From a virus: DNA of 64,000 bases. Location of the stretch: positions 64,001 to 128,000 of the IMG/VR virus record IMGVR_UViG_3300017760_000001. One strand, written 5' to 3'. Each line of letters opens with the position of its first letter. The first letter of the stretch is position 1. Positions 40,129 through 48,685 of this stretch are shown piece by piece. The notes under the pieces are model-generated. The model worked only from the letters and a program-made list of their open reading frames with translations, had not been told where the DNA came from and searched no databases. Made by a program: the position numbers and the translations under genes.

Positions 40129-40845
40129 ATGGCATTACCAAAGTTAAACACTGCACCGATATATGAATTATCGGTTCCGTCAACAGGAGAGAAGGTCACA
40201 TTTAGACCATATCTTGTTAAGGAGGAAAAGGTGTTGATGATGGCGTTTGAATCTGGTGATCAGAAACAAGCGTTGAAAGCAATCGTCTCTACCATTGAAG
40301 CGTGTGTTCAAGAAAACATTAACGTACATGATTTAGCGACATTTGATGTTGAGTATATGTTTACTCAAATTCGTTCTAAGTCTGCTGGTGAGAAGTCTAC
40401 AGTATTGTTGAAGTGTAAGGAATGTGGTACGCAACACGAATACTCTGTCGATCTAGCTAGTATCAGAGTTGAGATCGGGGAAAGGAATCCAACTGTTGAT
40501 TTGACAGATGAAGTGTCAGTAGAGATGAAGTATCCGCCTTATAAGGCATTGATGGACTCTAACCTAAATGCCGACCAAGTTGAACTTGGAATGTCGATGG
40601 TTGTTCACAGTGTTTCAGCCATTGTTACTAAACAAGGTTTGGACGAAGAAAGAATAGATGCGAAAGATGTATCTAAGAAAGAATTGTACGAGTTCATCGA
40701 ATCGATGACGAGTGATCAGTTTGAGAAAGTTACCAAGTATATCGGTGACCTTCCATCAATGAAACATGAAGCGAAGTTTACATGTTTGAATTGTGAAACT
40801 GAGAATGAAATTGAACTTAAAGGGATATCGGATTTTTTATCCTAA
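40129..40845 (+). CDS. gp26: Baseplate hub assembly protein gp26
   Basis: MALPKL, FRPYLVKEEK, FDVEYMFTQIRSKS.GE, two CxxC pairs and C-terminal GISDF. Confidence 0.94.
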   Translation: MALPKLNTAPIYELSVPSTGEKVTFRPYLVKEEKVLMMAFESGDQKQALKAIVSTIEACVQENINVHDLATFDVEYMFTQIRSKSAGEKSTVLLKCKECGTQHEYSVDLASIRVEIGERNPTVDLTDEVSVEMKYPPYKALMDSNLNADQVELGMSMVVHSVSAIVTKQGLDEERIDAKDVSKKELYEFIESMTSDQFEKVTKYIGDLPSMKHEAKFTCLNCETENEIELKGISDFLS

Positions 40846-41033
40846 ACCTTTCTCATGATAGTCTTGTAAATCATTATAAGACGAATTTTGCAATGATGCA
40901 ACATCATCATTATAGTTTAACAGAACTGGACATGATGATGCCATGGGAGAGGGAAATATACGTAGCTATGTTATTAGAACATGTGAAGGAAGAGAATGAA
41001 AGAATAGAGAAACAAAACCAGCAAAACGGATAA
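40833..41033 (+). CDS. gp51: gp51-like baseplate hub assembly catalyst in the -1 frame relative to gp26 (first ATG at 40893)
   Basis: Not in the ORF track. Manual translation: FFILNLSHDSLVNHYKTNFAMMQHHHYSLTELDMMMPWEREIYVAMLLEHVKEENERIEKQNQQNG*. Confidence 0.88.
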   Translation, partial: FFILNLSHDSLVNHYKTNFAMMQHHHYSLTELDMMMPWEREIYVAMLLEHVKEENERIEKQNQQNG

Positions 41034-41039
41034 AAAGAA

Positions 41040-43181
41040 ATGGCAAGACAGGCGAACATTCAAGGTGCGATCGACAAACTAAGGCTTTCTAATGAGAAGA
41101 CTCTTGGGGAAATCAATGATCGTTCGGGTGAAATTGCATTCAACACACGAACCACTAAGAATCTTATTGGGGACATGTTGGATGGGATGGCGCTTGATCG
41201 TCAAAGATCTCAAGATGACCAAGAGGGCGACGACCGTGGTGGCCCATCTGGCGGTGGAGGCACTCCCCCTCCTGCCCCTCAAGATAACGGTAGTTTTGGA
41301 TTCATCGGGGTACTCGGTGGAATCGTTGCTGGTTTGACTGGTGCGGTTCTTGGTCTTGTCGCTGGTATTGTTAAAACTATTACTCGTCCATTCACTCTAT
41401 TAGCTAAGAGTACAAAGGATTTCTTTAAGAACACTAGGTTAGTTCAGTTTGTACAAGGGAAATTCGTTAGTATGATTACTACGATAAAGGATTTCTTTAA
41501 ACCTGTAACGAACTTCTTTACTAATATTAGTAAAGCATTTAAGGCAGGACTAAGAGGTGAAACCAGAGCAGTCCGTGGTGCGATGGGAAGATTCGTTAGT
41601 CTTCAAAGAGGAATAACTGGTTTCTTTGCTAGCATAGGTAGAATGACGAATAGGTTCATCCTTAGACCATTCAATAGAATCCGAAGAGCAATAGGTTCTA
41701 TCGGTAGAGTAATGAATGGTGCAGCTGCCCAAACTGGTAGGATAGGTCAATTCTTTAGTAGAATAGGTGACGGATTTAGAACGGTCGGTAGACTCTTTAG
41801 TGGGTTTGCCAGAACATTTAATGTTGTATTCAGAGCATTCGCAGTAGTTGGTCGTGTAATTGCACTTCCTATCACAATAATCACTGGTCTTATCGGTGGT
41901 ATCAAAGGTATGTTCGCAGACTTCACCAAGTCCAGAGAAGAAGGTGATGGTCTACTCAAGAGTGTCACTAAAGGTTTCTTTGGATTTATTAAGGGTGCGG
42001 TCAACGGTATCATCATGATGCCTTTAGATCTATTGAAGAGTGGTATTGGTTGGATTGCTGGTAAACTAGGATTCAAGAACTTTGAGAACCTATTGGCTGG
42101 ATTCAGTTTCTCAGGACTGTTCAGTGGATTGGTAGACGGAATTGCCAATGGAGTCTTCGGATTTTTCGGGGGTTTAGTCCAGATCTACAAGGATGCGTTC
42201 AAAGGGGCAATAGAAGGATTTAAAGATGGCGGTATATTTGGCGCAATCTCTGGTTTCTTTGGTTCTATCGCAACAAGTATTAAGAATGTGTTCCTCGGTT
42301 TGATTGAGAAAGTATTCGGAATGTTTGAGGGTGGGGACGATATGTTCGCTGCACTTGGCGAAGGTATTGCGAATATCAAACAAAGTATCAAAGACTTTTT
42401 CATTGGGTTGTTACCAAAACAAGGTTCGTTCATGTCTAAGTTTGTACCCGATTCTGTTTATGAATGGGCGGGTCAACCAGCAGTATCCGAACCAGAGGGT
42501 TCAGAACTACCGACCGAAGAACCACAACAACTAGAAAGTACACCAGAACTTAAAAAGGCGCAGATGAACGCAATTAAGACAGGCGACACAACTGAGTTAG
42601 AGAAGAAGAAAGAAGAACAACGTATGTCTGGGGAAGAGAAACTAAAGGCAGAAATTGATCAACTCAAAGCGAGACTTGAATCAGGAGATACTACCTTTAC
42701 ATGGACTGATGCGGATATTGAAAAGGCTCGAGCTGAGGGTCGTGAATCAGCAGCAGCGTGGATGGAATATGATAATACAGAAGAAGGTCAGGAAGACCAA
42801 ATGGAAGAGATGCGAGAATCTCTCCGTATAAGAGAAATGCAACTTGCGGAATTTAAAGAAAAACAAGCGCAAGAGAAAGCGGACGTTGAAAAATACGGAG
42901 ATCTCGATACCGCTAAACTAGCGAAGATGGACGAAGCTAGACGTGAGAAATTGTTAACAAGATCTAGAGATTTGATGATGAGACACAGTAGAGGTGAAGA
43001 GGTAGATCTCGCAAACAAAGAAAATGCAGAAAGAGCATTAGCTGCAGAAGAGAGAAGACAACAAGCAATGATTGTCGCACCATCTACACAAGTAGTCAAC
43101 AACAACTCTTCTTCAGGGATTGTTATGAGTCAAAACATGCCGGCAGTAGATCCCCTAGATCAATCCTACGGAGTCGGATAA
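41040..43181 (+). CDS. Tape measure-like protein (gp29 position)
   Basis: Long amphipathic G/F/I-rich helical repeats, hydrophobic segments and a VVNNNSS C-terminal motif; follows gp26/gp51. Confidence 0.72.
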   Translation: MARQANIQGAIDKLRLSNEKTLGEINDRSGEIAFNTRTTKNLIGDMLDGMALDRQRSQDDQEGDDRGGPSGGGGTPPPAPQDNGSFGFIGVLGGIVAGLTGAVLGLVAGIVKTITRPFTLLAKSTKDFFKNTRLVQFVQGKFVSMITTIKDFFKPVTNFFTNISKAFKAGLRGETRAVRGAMGRFVSLQRGITGFFASIGRMTNRFILRPFNRIRRAIGSIGRVMNGAAAQTGRIGQFFSRIGDGFRTVGRLFSGFARTFNVVFRAFAVVGRVIALPITIITGLIGGIKGMFADFTKSREEGDGLLKSVTKGFFGFIKGAVNGIIMMPLDLLKSGIGWIAGKLGFKNFENLLAGFSFSGLFSGLVDGIANGVFGFFGGLVQIYKDAFKGAIEGFKDGGIFGAISGFFGSIATSIKNVFLGLIEKVFGMFEGGDDMFAALGEGIANIKQSIKDFFIGLLPKQGSFMSKFVPDSVYEWAGQPAVSEPEGSELPTEEPQQLESTPELKKAQMNAIKTGDTTELEKKKEEQRMSGEEKLKAEIDQLKARLESGDTTFTWTDADIEKARAEGRESAAAWMEYDNTEEGQEDQMEEMRESLRIREMQLAEFKEKQAQEKADVEKYGDLDTAKLAKMDEARREKLLTRSRDLMMRHSRGEEVDLANKENAERALAAEERRQQAMIVAPSTQVVNNNSSSGIVMSQNMPAVDPLDQSYGVG

Positions 43182-43209
43182 AAAAAAGGGGAACCGAAGT
43201 TCCCCCTTT
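43180..43209 (-). terminator. Rho-independent terminator with a C(UUCG)G tetraloop, probably bidirectional
   Basis: Minus strand reads GGGGAAC-TTCG-GTTCCCC-TTTTTTTT, between the convergent tape-measure-like and gp32 genes. Confidence 0.92.
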
Positions 43210-43230
43210 ACCACCTCTTTTAATTAAACA

Positions 43231-44157
43231 CTAGTCTGCTTGTGCCATTTTGGCAAAGTAAGATAGTGTGTCGTCCTCATCATCAGATGATGCAGACTCA
43301 ATCGCAGGCTCTGGAGCCGATACGATTTCTGGTTCCGATGCACTAGTAGCAGGAGCCGCTTCCGCAGATTGCGATAACGCCTCATTCTTCATAGTAGCAC
43401 CTTCACCTACCGAATGACCCAACACAAGTTGTAGACGTGAATTCAGTTCGTCATATGACTTGTATTGTTTCGGATCAACAAACTCCGCAAGGTCGTGGAG
43501 TTGATTGTAAGTCGCCTCTAGTTTAACTTCATCAGCATCAAACAATGCAGACTGTGATTTAAACTCAGATTTGTCATAGTTACGATATCCCGCCACATTG
43601 CGAATCTTCAACTGGAAATCTGCACCAGTCCAAAAGTCGAATGGGTTTACTGGTTCTTCGCCAGGGAATTGTGGTTGCATAACGTCCATCAACTTATCAA
43701 AGATCTTCTTACCATACTCGTACAAGAATACTTTACCCTCGTTCGATGGGTTAGAAGGATCAGACACTACAAGAATGTTTGATACGTAATGGAGTCTACG
43801 CTTTTGTTTACGAGCAGTTTCTTTATCATCCTCGTTACCAGAGTTCCACAGACGTGAGTTCAACTCACCGACTGGATCTTTCTGTCCGATTGATGTCAAA
43901 GACTTTTCGATGTACCATTGACCAGTTGGGCCTTTAAACCCATGATCCCAGTAACGTTCCCAAGGTAGTTCCTGTCCTTCCATTGCTGGAAGAAAACGAA
44001 TGACAGCATAACCGTTACCAGCGTCATCGACAGTTGGTTTCCATTTGCGTTCGTCATCGTATTTGTTTTTGGTTTTCTGGCCACCAGATACTTCTTGTGC
44101 AGCTGAAACCAGTTTAGAGATATCGGTTCTACCCGACTTTAGATTTGAAAAAGACAT
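43231..44157 (-). CDS. gp32: ssDNA-binding protein gp32
   Basis: D.R.WKP..D.AGNGYAVIRFLP, GKKIFDK, NPFDFW.GADF and YRNYDKS motifs; acidic tail. Start set at MSFS (44157) with an AAGG SD. Confidence 0.97.
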   Translation of the reverse strand: MSFSNLKSGRTDISKLVSAAQEVSGGQKTKNKYDDERKWKPTVDDAGNGYAVIRFLPAMEGQELPWERYWDHGFKGPTGQWYIEKSLTSIGQKDPVGELNSRLWNSGNEDDKETARKQKRRLHYVSNILVVSDPSNPSNEGKVFLYEYGKKIFDKLMDVMQPQFPGEEPVNPFDFWTGADFQLKIRNVAGYRNYDKSEFKSQSALFDADEVKLEATYNQLHDLAEFVDPKQYKSYDELNSRLQLVLGHSVGEGATMKNEALSQSAEAAPATSASEPEIVSAPEPAIESASSDDEDDTLSYFAKMAQAD

Positions 44158-44224
44158 ATTGTTTTCCTTTATATTTACAGAGTATTTACAGTTTATCCAA
44201 ATGTTGCTCATAATGTAAGACAGT

Positions 44225-44254
44225 ATTATAACACATATAGTATTCATGTGTCAA
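44225..44254 (-). promoter_or_regulatory. sigma70-type early promoter for gp32
   Basis: TTGACA-18 nt-TATAAT with an extended -10 TG. Confidence 0.8.
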
Positions 44255-44258
44255 GCAT

Positions 44259-44266
44259 TATTTATA
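44259..44266 (-). promoter_or_regulatory. Late promoter TATAAATA upstream of gp32
   Basis: Exact motif overlapping the stop codon of the oxygenase gene. Confidence 0.7.
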
Positions 44267-44774
44267 ATTTTGGGTAATCTAACCACGCAACCGCAACAAT
44301 GCGAGTTCCCTTTTCTACAGGTGAAGCTTCATGCCAAAGATTAGATCTAAATATTACGGTATCGCCGACTTCCTGTCTGGGAATACTATATTTGTTTTTT
44401 GGGTCATCCCCATATATCCTTAAACCTTCGCCAACAAAATCATCAGATAATCTAAGAACCGTAGTAGTAGACCAATACCTGCGAAAGCTATCATCGCTAG
44501 ATTCATCGAGATGAATTTTAAATTTATCACCTTCCTCATACAACAATAAGTCCAGTTGACTAACCTTACAACCCATACCTACCCAGTCTTCTAATTGTTC
44601 ACAAAATTCTGGATACAATCTATAATGAGACTGAAACGTTTTACTAGTACGAACATCGCTATATGGGTTATTACCAGTTACTTTAGACTGGTTGGAACCC
44701 CAGATTCTAGAAAGACATTCTTCAGCCATCTCCTCTAAGATATCAGAATCTATAACCTTACCTACTTTATACAT
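44262..44774 (-). CDS. 2OG-Fe(II) oxygenase (prolyl-4-hydroxylase-like)
   Basis: Y..GD.F..HLD, LS.DF.G.GL and IFRS.LWHEASPV.KGTR motifs. Confidence 0.9.
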   Translation of the reverse strand: MYKVGKVIDSDILEEMAEECLSRIWGSNQSKVTGNNPYSDVRTSKTFQSHYRLYPEFCEQLEDWVGMGCKVSQLDLLLYEEGDKFKIHLDESSDDSFRRYWSTTTVLRLSDDFVGEGLRIYGDDPKNKYSIPRQEVGDTVIFRSNLWHEASPVEKGTRIVAVAWLDYPKL

Positions 44775-45027
44775 CCAAAGTATTTACCTTAGGCAAAAAG
44801 TTGAGATCCATCGCTTCCTTCTCAAGATTCTCAGTAATAGAAGGCGAGAGATATTTCTTGATATCTTCGATCTCTATATTGTTTTGTTCACACAACCAAA
44901 CAATTGCATCAAGGTAGGACATTCCATTCATCCGTACTGCCGTCTCCACCATCTTCGAAAACTTCTTCTTGTTCAGGAAGTTCTCTTTTGTAGGTTCTTC
45001 TTGGTTCGTTGTTACCATACCATTCAT
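44767..45027 (-). CDS. gp33: Late transcription co-activator gp33
   Basis: KFS..VE...MSYLDAIV..CE.NNIE.E...LE.EA.DLNFLPK pattern. Confidence 0.9.
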   Translation of the reverse strand: MNGMVTTNQEEPTKENFLNKKKFSKMVETAVRMNGMSYLDAIVWLCEQNNIEIEDIKKYLSPSITENLEKEAMDLNFLPKVNTLDV

Positions 45028-45475
45028 TCCTCAGTTCTTGAGTCCACACCTGTGCTATATCTGGGTAGTACGTACCGATAGATCGTTTTGGTGTGCCGTC
45101 TGGATAGTATGCCATAGTTAAACAAATAGTTTTCATTGTACCCTCACGATTACGTCCATAACGACTGTCTTGATATATCCCACTAGACAGGTATGACTTC
45201 AAGTTTTTCAAATAGACATCAAGGATCTGATATTCATGACGTTCGTCCTTATCTTTCGATAAACGATTTCGTTTCTTGGAACTAACTTCGGAGGTAAGTT
45301 CTTTTACCCACCCCCGAACCTTCTTCCAATGGATAGGACTGTCTTCGTCCATCTCCAACAAATCTGGATGAACAGATGCAGATCCATCGTGTCCTCTTTT
45401 TTCACGAGCGATTCGCAAACGCTCCGCAGCTGCAAGTCGCTGTTCTTCGGTCATTGGTTTGCGTTTCTTTTTCAT
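44909..45475 (-). CDS. Hypothetical protein
   Basis: KPMTEEQR.AAAERL..ARE and MAYYPDGTPKR motifs; 3' end overlaps gp33. Confidence 0.75.
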   Translation of the reverse strand: MKKKRKPMTEEQRLAAAERLRIAREKRGHDGSASVHPDLLEMDEDSPIHWKKVRGWVKELTSEVSSKKRNRLSKDKDERHEYQILDVYLKNLKSYLSSGIYQDSRYGRNREGTMKTICLTMAYYPDGTPKRSIGTYYPDIAQVWTQELRNEWYGNNEPRRTYKRELPEQEEVFEDGGDGSTDEWNVLP

Positions 45476-45479
45476 ATCT

Positions 45480-45752
45480 TTACTCGATTGGCATAAAAGT
45501 TAAAAGAGAGTCCATACGGAATGATCGCCATTCTTTGATCACTAAGTCGAATACTCGAACAGTCTCATTACCACCTACAGACTGATCAACACTCTTACCG
45601 CTCTTAGGAACGTTCTCTTCGGGAATTAAATCGAAATCAAGAGTTGCTTTCATCTCACGTACACCACCATCTTTTACTTTGGTGAACGATAGATCAACCA
45701 TACCATCTTGAAGCATTTCGACCACTTCATCTTTACTATATTCTACTACCAT
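45480..45752 (-). CDS. SH3/Sm-like (WYL_2-type) small protein
   Basis: FTKVKDG..R.M.ATL...VFDL...EWRSFR pattern. Confidence 0.8.
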   Translation of the reverse strand: MVVEYSKDEVVEMLQDGMVDLSFTKVKDGGVREMKATLDFDLIPEENVPKSGKSVDQSVGGNETVRVFDLVIKEWRSFRMDSLLTFMPIE

Positions 45753-45766
45753 TATATATCTCCAGT

Positions 45767-46147
45767 TTATTTATCTTTAGGTTTTTCATTAAACTTACCT
45801 TCATGTAGATCATTCAACCATTCATCAGTTTGATCAACATAACAAATAGCGCTCTCTAAAATGTTTAATTGTTTCTCATGAGTTTCACACTGTTCTTTAG
45901 TAAGTAGTTCATCAGCACTTTTAACATCTTTATTTTTCATATACCAATTCAAGTGGTTGACATAGAGTCCATGCAATACATCAGAACAAATAGCTTCATA
46001 TATAATTTGATCATCAACTTCTGGAAAAGAAGTTGGATCAAGATTTTTAAAAGCATGTAAACCAGAAGATTTATTTTGTTTAACATCTTCTTCGGTTACT
46101 ATTGGTTCGCCTTTACTGTCACCCTTGGTTGCTTTAGATTTTGCCAT
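45767..46147 (-). CDS. Hypothetical protein
   Basis: 126-aa ORF in an operon. Confidence 0.7.
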   Translation of the reverse strand: MAKSKATKGDSKGEPIVTEEDVKQNKSSGLHAFKNLDPTSFPEVDDQIIYEAICSDVLHGLYVNHLNWYMKNKDVKSADELLTKEQCETHEKQLNILESAICYVDQTDEWLNDLHEGKFNEKPKDK

Positions 46148-46148
46148 T

Positions 46149-46361
46149 TTAAATTTCCCCTATGCGAGTATTTTCAAGTACGTCACCAAAGTGTGCCTTC
46201 GCATAGTCTTCTGCATCACTCCAGTGTATTTCGGACATGTCATCGAACTTCTCGACAGATGCCACTAATCTATCAACTTTCTTCTCATGCAACTTTGCGC
46301 TTTGGATTTTCTCCGCAGCTGCTTTGATCATCGCATAACGTTGAACTTTATTTATTGCCAT
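46149..46361 (-). CDS. Hypothetical protein
   Basis: Likely start MAINKV at 46361 with a GGAG SD. Confidence 0.7.
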   Translation of the reverse strand: MAINKVQRYAMIKAAAEKIQSAKLHEKKVDRLVASVEKFDDMSEIHWSDAEDYAKAHFGDVLENTRIGEI

Positions 46362-46362
46362 T

Positions 46363-46776
46363 CTAAATCTCCAATTCATCAAATGGGAAACAATCAAGAA
46401 ATAGATCACGTTCTAGTTTATACGCCTCTATCTCCCACGGTTGATCTTTATATTTAAACTCAGATGCGTTGTTACCTTTCCATGCGAAACCACCTTCACA
46501 CGTCAACTCTCCACGTAGGAACTGTCGAGCATGAACCATCTCATGTGCAAGTGCCTGCATCTGTCTCATAAAACTTTTATCTTTGGTTCCGATACTTACA
46601 AACACTTCAGTGTCATCACCAATACAAAGTCCGTCAGCCTCATCATCAAGTACAGACTTGAACTTGACATTGACTAGTCGAGCAGTAAATCGATGGATCT
46701 TCAAAGCGACCATCAGATTATTCACATACTGATCAACGATTTTTTTCTTTGCGTGACGACCTTCAATAAAATACAT
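46363..46776 (-). CDS. Zincin-like metallopeptidase domain protein
   Basis: LAHEMVHARQ (HExxH) and PWEIEAY motifs. Confidence 0.85.
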   Translation of the reverse strand: MYFIEGRHAKKKIVDQYVNNLMVALKIHRFTARLVNVKFKSVLDDEADGLCIGDDTEVFVSIGTKDKSFMRQMQALAHEMVHARQFLRGELTCEGGFAWKGNNASEFKYKDQPWEIEAYKLERDLFLDCFPFDELEI

Positions 46777-46801
46777 GTACTATCCTCATTAACAGAATGT
46801 C

Positions 46802-46830
46802 ATTATAGAACATCTGTCAACATTTGTCAA
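46802..46830 (-). promoter_or_regulatory. sigma70-type early promoter
   Basis: TTGACA-17-TATAAT, with a second TTGACA within the spacer. Confidence 0.88.
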
Positions 46831-46833
46831 GCG

Positions 46834-47127
46834 TTATCTGCCAATATCTTCAACATTTTTTCTACTGATTACTTGATACGCACCTTTGTTATATGCAGGG
46901 GCGATAGTATAACCAGAAGATATATCGATACGTTCTTCTCTAGAAAGTGTTTCATTAGATTTACTTTGTACAGTATCAGAGGCGCTCGGATAGTCCTGTG
47001 TGTCTCGCCTGAATGATGCCTCAGGTGTGTACGGTTTGAACTCAGACTTATGGGTCTTAGACTTGCCCCATGCGTTATACGACTTCTTACGCCCGTTCGG
47101 GTAGTGTCTCATACTGCCGTGAATCAT
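46834..47127 (-). CDS. Conserved hypothetical protein
   Basis: C-terminal TIAPAYNKGAYQVI motif common in T4-like phages. Confidence 0.75.
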   Translation of the reverse strand: MIHGSMRHYPNGRKKSYNAWGKSKTHKSEFKPYTPEASFRRDTQDYPSASDTVQSKSNETLSREERIDISSGYTIAPAYNKGAYQVISRKNVEDIGR

Positions 47128-47245
47128 CTAGATATTCTCCAGTCTTCTTGGACTCTTTCTTCTTGTCCGTGTGAGTATCAGGTTTGTGGTACTTATCCAT
47201 ATTTCTTTTAACAGGGTTCTTACGATACTGTGTTTTGTTTTTCAT
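47087..47245 (-). CDS. Small basic hypothetical protein
   Basis: Start reassigned to MKNKTQYRKNPV (47245), TAATG-coupled to the upstream gene. Confidence 0.6.
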   Translation of the reverse strand: MKNKTQYRKNPVKRNMDKYHKPDTHTDKKKESKKTGEYLDDSRQYETLPERA

Positions 47246-47388
47246 TAGTGACAATGACCATTCAAGTGATAACCGACCAATGCTCCTAAAGCAAAGATCA
47301 TCCAATCCATAACGAAATGGAAAGAGAAGGCCAAAAGCAGAATCTCTTTCCAATGTTTGGAACAAACTTCCCTATATTTTTTAAACAT
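47245..47388 (-). CDS. Small membrane protein (47 aa)
   Basis: Manual translation: MFKKYREVCSKHWKEILLLAFSFHFVMDWMIFALGALVGYHLNGHCH. Confidence 0.6.
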   Translation of the reverse strand: MFKKYREVCSKHWKEILLLAFSFHFVMDWMIFALGALVGYHLNGHCH

Positions 47389-47515
47389 CCGATGTATCGA
47401 TCATGATTATATCATACTCACCCGAAGATGTCAACCTTTCCATCTCGGACAAGGCAACACGCAAATCTTCATGAACGGAAATCACATTACTATCAGCATC
47501 GACTAACCTAATCAT
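47381..47515 (-). CDS. Small hypothetical protein (44 aa)
   Basis: Manual translation: MIRLVDADSNVISVHEDLRVALSEMERLTSSGEYDIIMIDTSDV. Tiles between its neighbours. Confidence 0.5.
   Translation of the reverse strand: MIRLVDADSNVISVHEDLRVALSEMERLTSSGEYDIIMIDTSDV
47406..47434 (-). promoter_or_regulatory. sigma70-type early promoter
   Basis: TTGACA-17-TATAAT. Confidence 0.8.
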
Positions 47516-47657
47516 CTAGTTTGTTACCATAGTAATCGTGAGTACCAGCTTCGTGATTCTTACGTCTTTCTTTAGCTTCGTGAACTGCAGCTATGGAACC
47601 CATAACTCCAAAGAAAACCAACCAACAAGCAATAAAAACAACTATAAACTCTACCAT
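47508..47657 (-). CDS. Small membrane-anchored protein (49 aa)
   Basis: Manual translation: MVEFIVVFIACWLVFFGVMGSIAAVHEAKERRKNHEAGTHDYYGNKLDD. TAATG coupling. Confidence 0.65.
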   Translation of the reverse strand: MVEFIVVFIACWLVFFGVMGSIAAVHEAKERRKNHEAGTHDYYGNKLDD

Positions 47658-48070
47658 TACGCAACCTCCTTATGTGATACGTGGTATTCTGAACGATCGC
47701 CTTTCGGCATCATGACGAACGACTCCTTACTACCCTCTCTGAGGGGTAACTCCCTCTCAGCAACAAAGTTGCCATAGAAGTTACGAGTGATGAAGTATGG
47801 AGACTCCCACGACTCCCACGGAGTCTCGTCACGGTCTACAATAGACCAGTCAAGAATAAACTCTTGATAAGACTCGTTACTATCCTCAATCAGAGGACGA
47901 AGGGCCTCGACAAGATCCTTCGCATCATCTTGCGAGTGATCGAAGTCAAGAACGTAGGTGTTACCACCTTTGTTCTTCCAACGTTGTGGACATTCACCCT
48001 GTCCGTCCCAATCATGGGCGCCATAGTTTTCACGACACTGGGTCTCGATTACTAAACGAAGTCTTGCCAT
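47657..48070 (-). CDS. Hypothetical early protein
   Basis: Start MARLRL lies downstream of the promoter; TQ..ENYGAHDWDG.GECPQ.WK.KGG motif. Confidence 0.75.
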   Translation of the reverse strand: MARLRLVIETQCRENYGAHDWDGQGECPQRWKNKGGNTYVLDFDHSQDDAKDLVEALRPLIEDSNESYQEFILDWSIVDRDETPWESWESPYFITRNFYGNFVAERELPLREGSKESFVMMPKGDRSEYHVSHKEVA

Positions 48071-48103
48071 ATCAAATCTCTCTCTATCATCAATTAAGTA
48101 ACT

Positions 48104-48132
48104 ATTATATGCCATTGGGCAACAATTGTCAA
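48104..48132 (-). promoter_or_regulatory. sigma70-type early promoter
   Basis: TTGACA-17-TATAAT. Confidence 0.88.
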
Positions 48133-48314
48133 GCGTTTATTTTAATAAACTTTCTACGTGACTTAGACCATTGCTTCTTAGGTTTCTTGAACATGATCTC
48201 TTCAGTAGTGTTCCGTTTGATGTAACCAGCCAGTTGTCCAGCTGAGTTAACAATGTATGTGTGATTGGGAATGTTATGGTCACCCCAATCGGTGACCTCT
48301 TGTAAGTATTCCAT
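48129..48314 (-). CDS. Small conserved hypothetical protein
   Basis: LQEVTDW...PNHTY...GYIK...SKSRRKF pattern. Confidence 0.75.
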   Translation of the reverse strand: MEYLQEVTDWGDHNIPNHTYIVNSAGQLAGYIKRNTTEEIMFKKPKKQWSKSRRKFIKINA

Positions 48315-48613
48315 TATGATCTCTTCTTACGTGGTTTGAAACCAAGGGTTTCCATTGCACCAACTGGAGTATCTTTTTCACTCAGTTCTTTGTACTGTTC
48401 AACAGTAGCATTCTTCACTAGGAAGTTAACCCACGACTTCCAAGGTTTTGAACCGTACTTGAATCGTGCAATGAACGTGCGTTCTGGCATACCGTGCCAA
48501 GATGGGTGACAGTTCGGAGACACTTGCTCCATAGTACGTGAACCTTCGAACGCACCTTGATACATCAGGTACATACCGTCCCAACTGAACTTCTCTTTAT
48601 CAAATCTAGTCAT
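48314..48613 (-). CDS. Hypothetical early protein
   Basis: Start MTRFDK lies downstream of the promoter; FIARFKY motif. Confidence 0.72.
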   Translation of the reverse strand: MTRFDKEKFSWDGMYLMYQGAFEGSRTMEQVSPNCHPSWHGMPERTFIARFKYGSKPWKSWVNFLVKNATVEQYKELSEKDTPVGAMETLGFKPRKKRS

Positions 48614-48644
48614 AATCTTCTCTCTTCTCATTATCAATACAAGT

Positions 48645-48673
48645 ATTATACATGATGAAACATGTTTTGTCAA
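48645..48673 (-). promoter_or_regulatory. sigma70-type early promoter
   Basis: TTGACA-17-TATAAT. Confidence 0.88.
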
Positions 48674-48685
48674 CACTTATTTTCA

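Noticed and set aside
41079-43105. Multiple antisense ORFs within the tape-measure-like gene
   Set aside because: Expected from biased codon usage; no motifs, promoters or SD sites were found.
44909-45027. 119-nt overlap of a hypothetical gene with gp33
   Set aside because: Probably a simple stop-codon extension with no sign of functional dual coding.
47245-47660. Apparent non-coding gap, possible ncRNA or tRNA
   Set aside because: It is fully tiled by three small coupled ORFs. No tRNA cloverleaf was recognised here or elsewhere by eye (tRNAscan not run).
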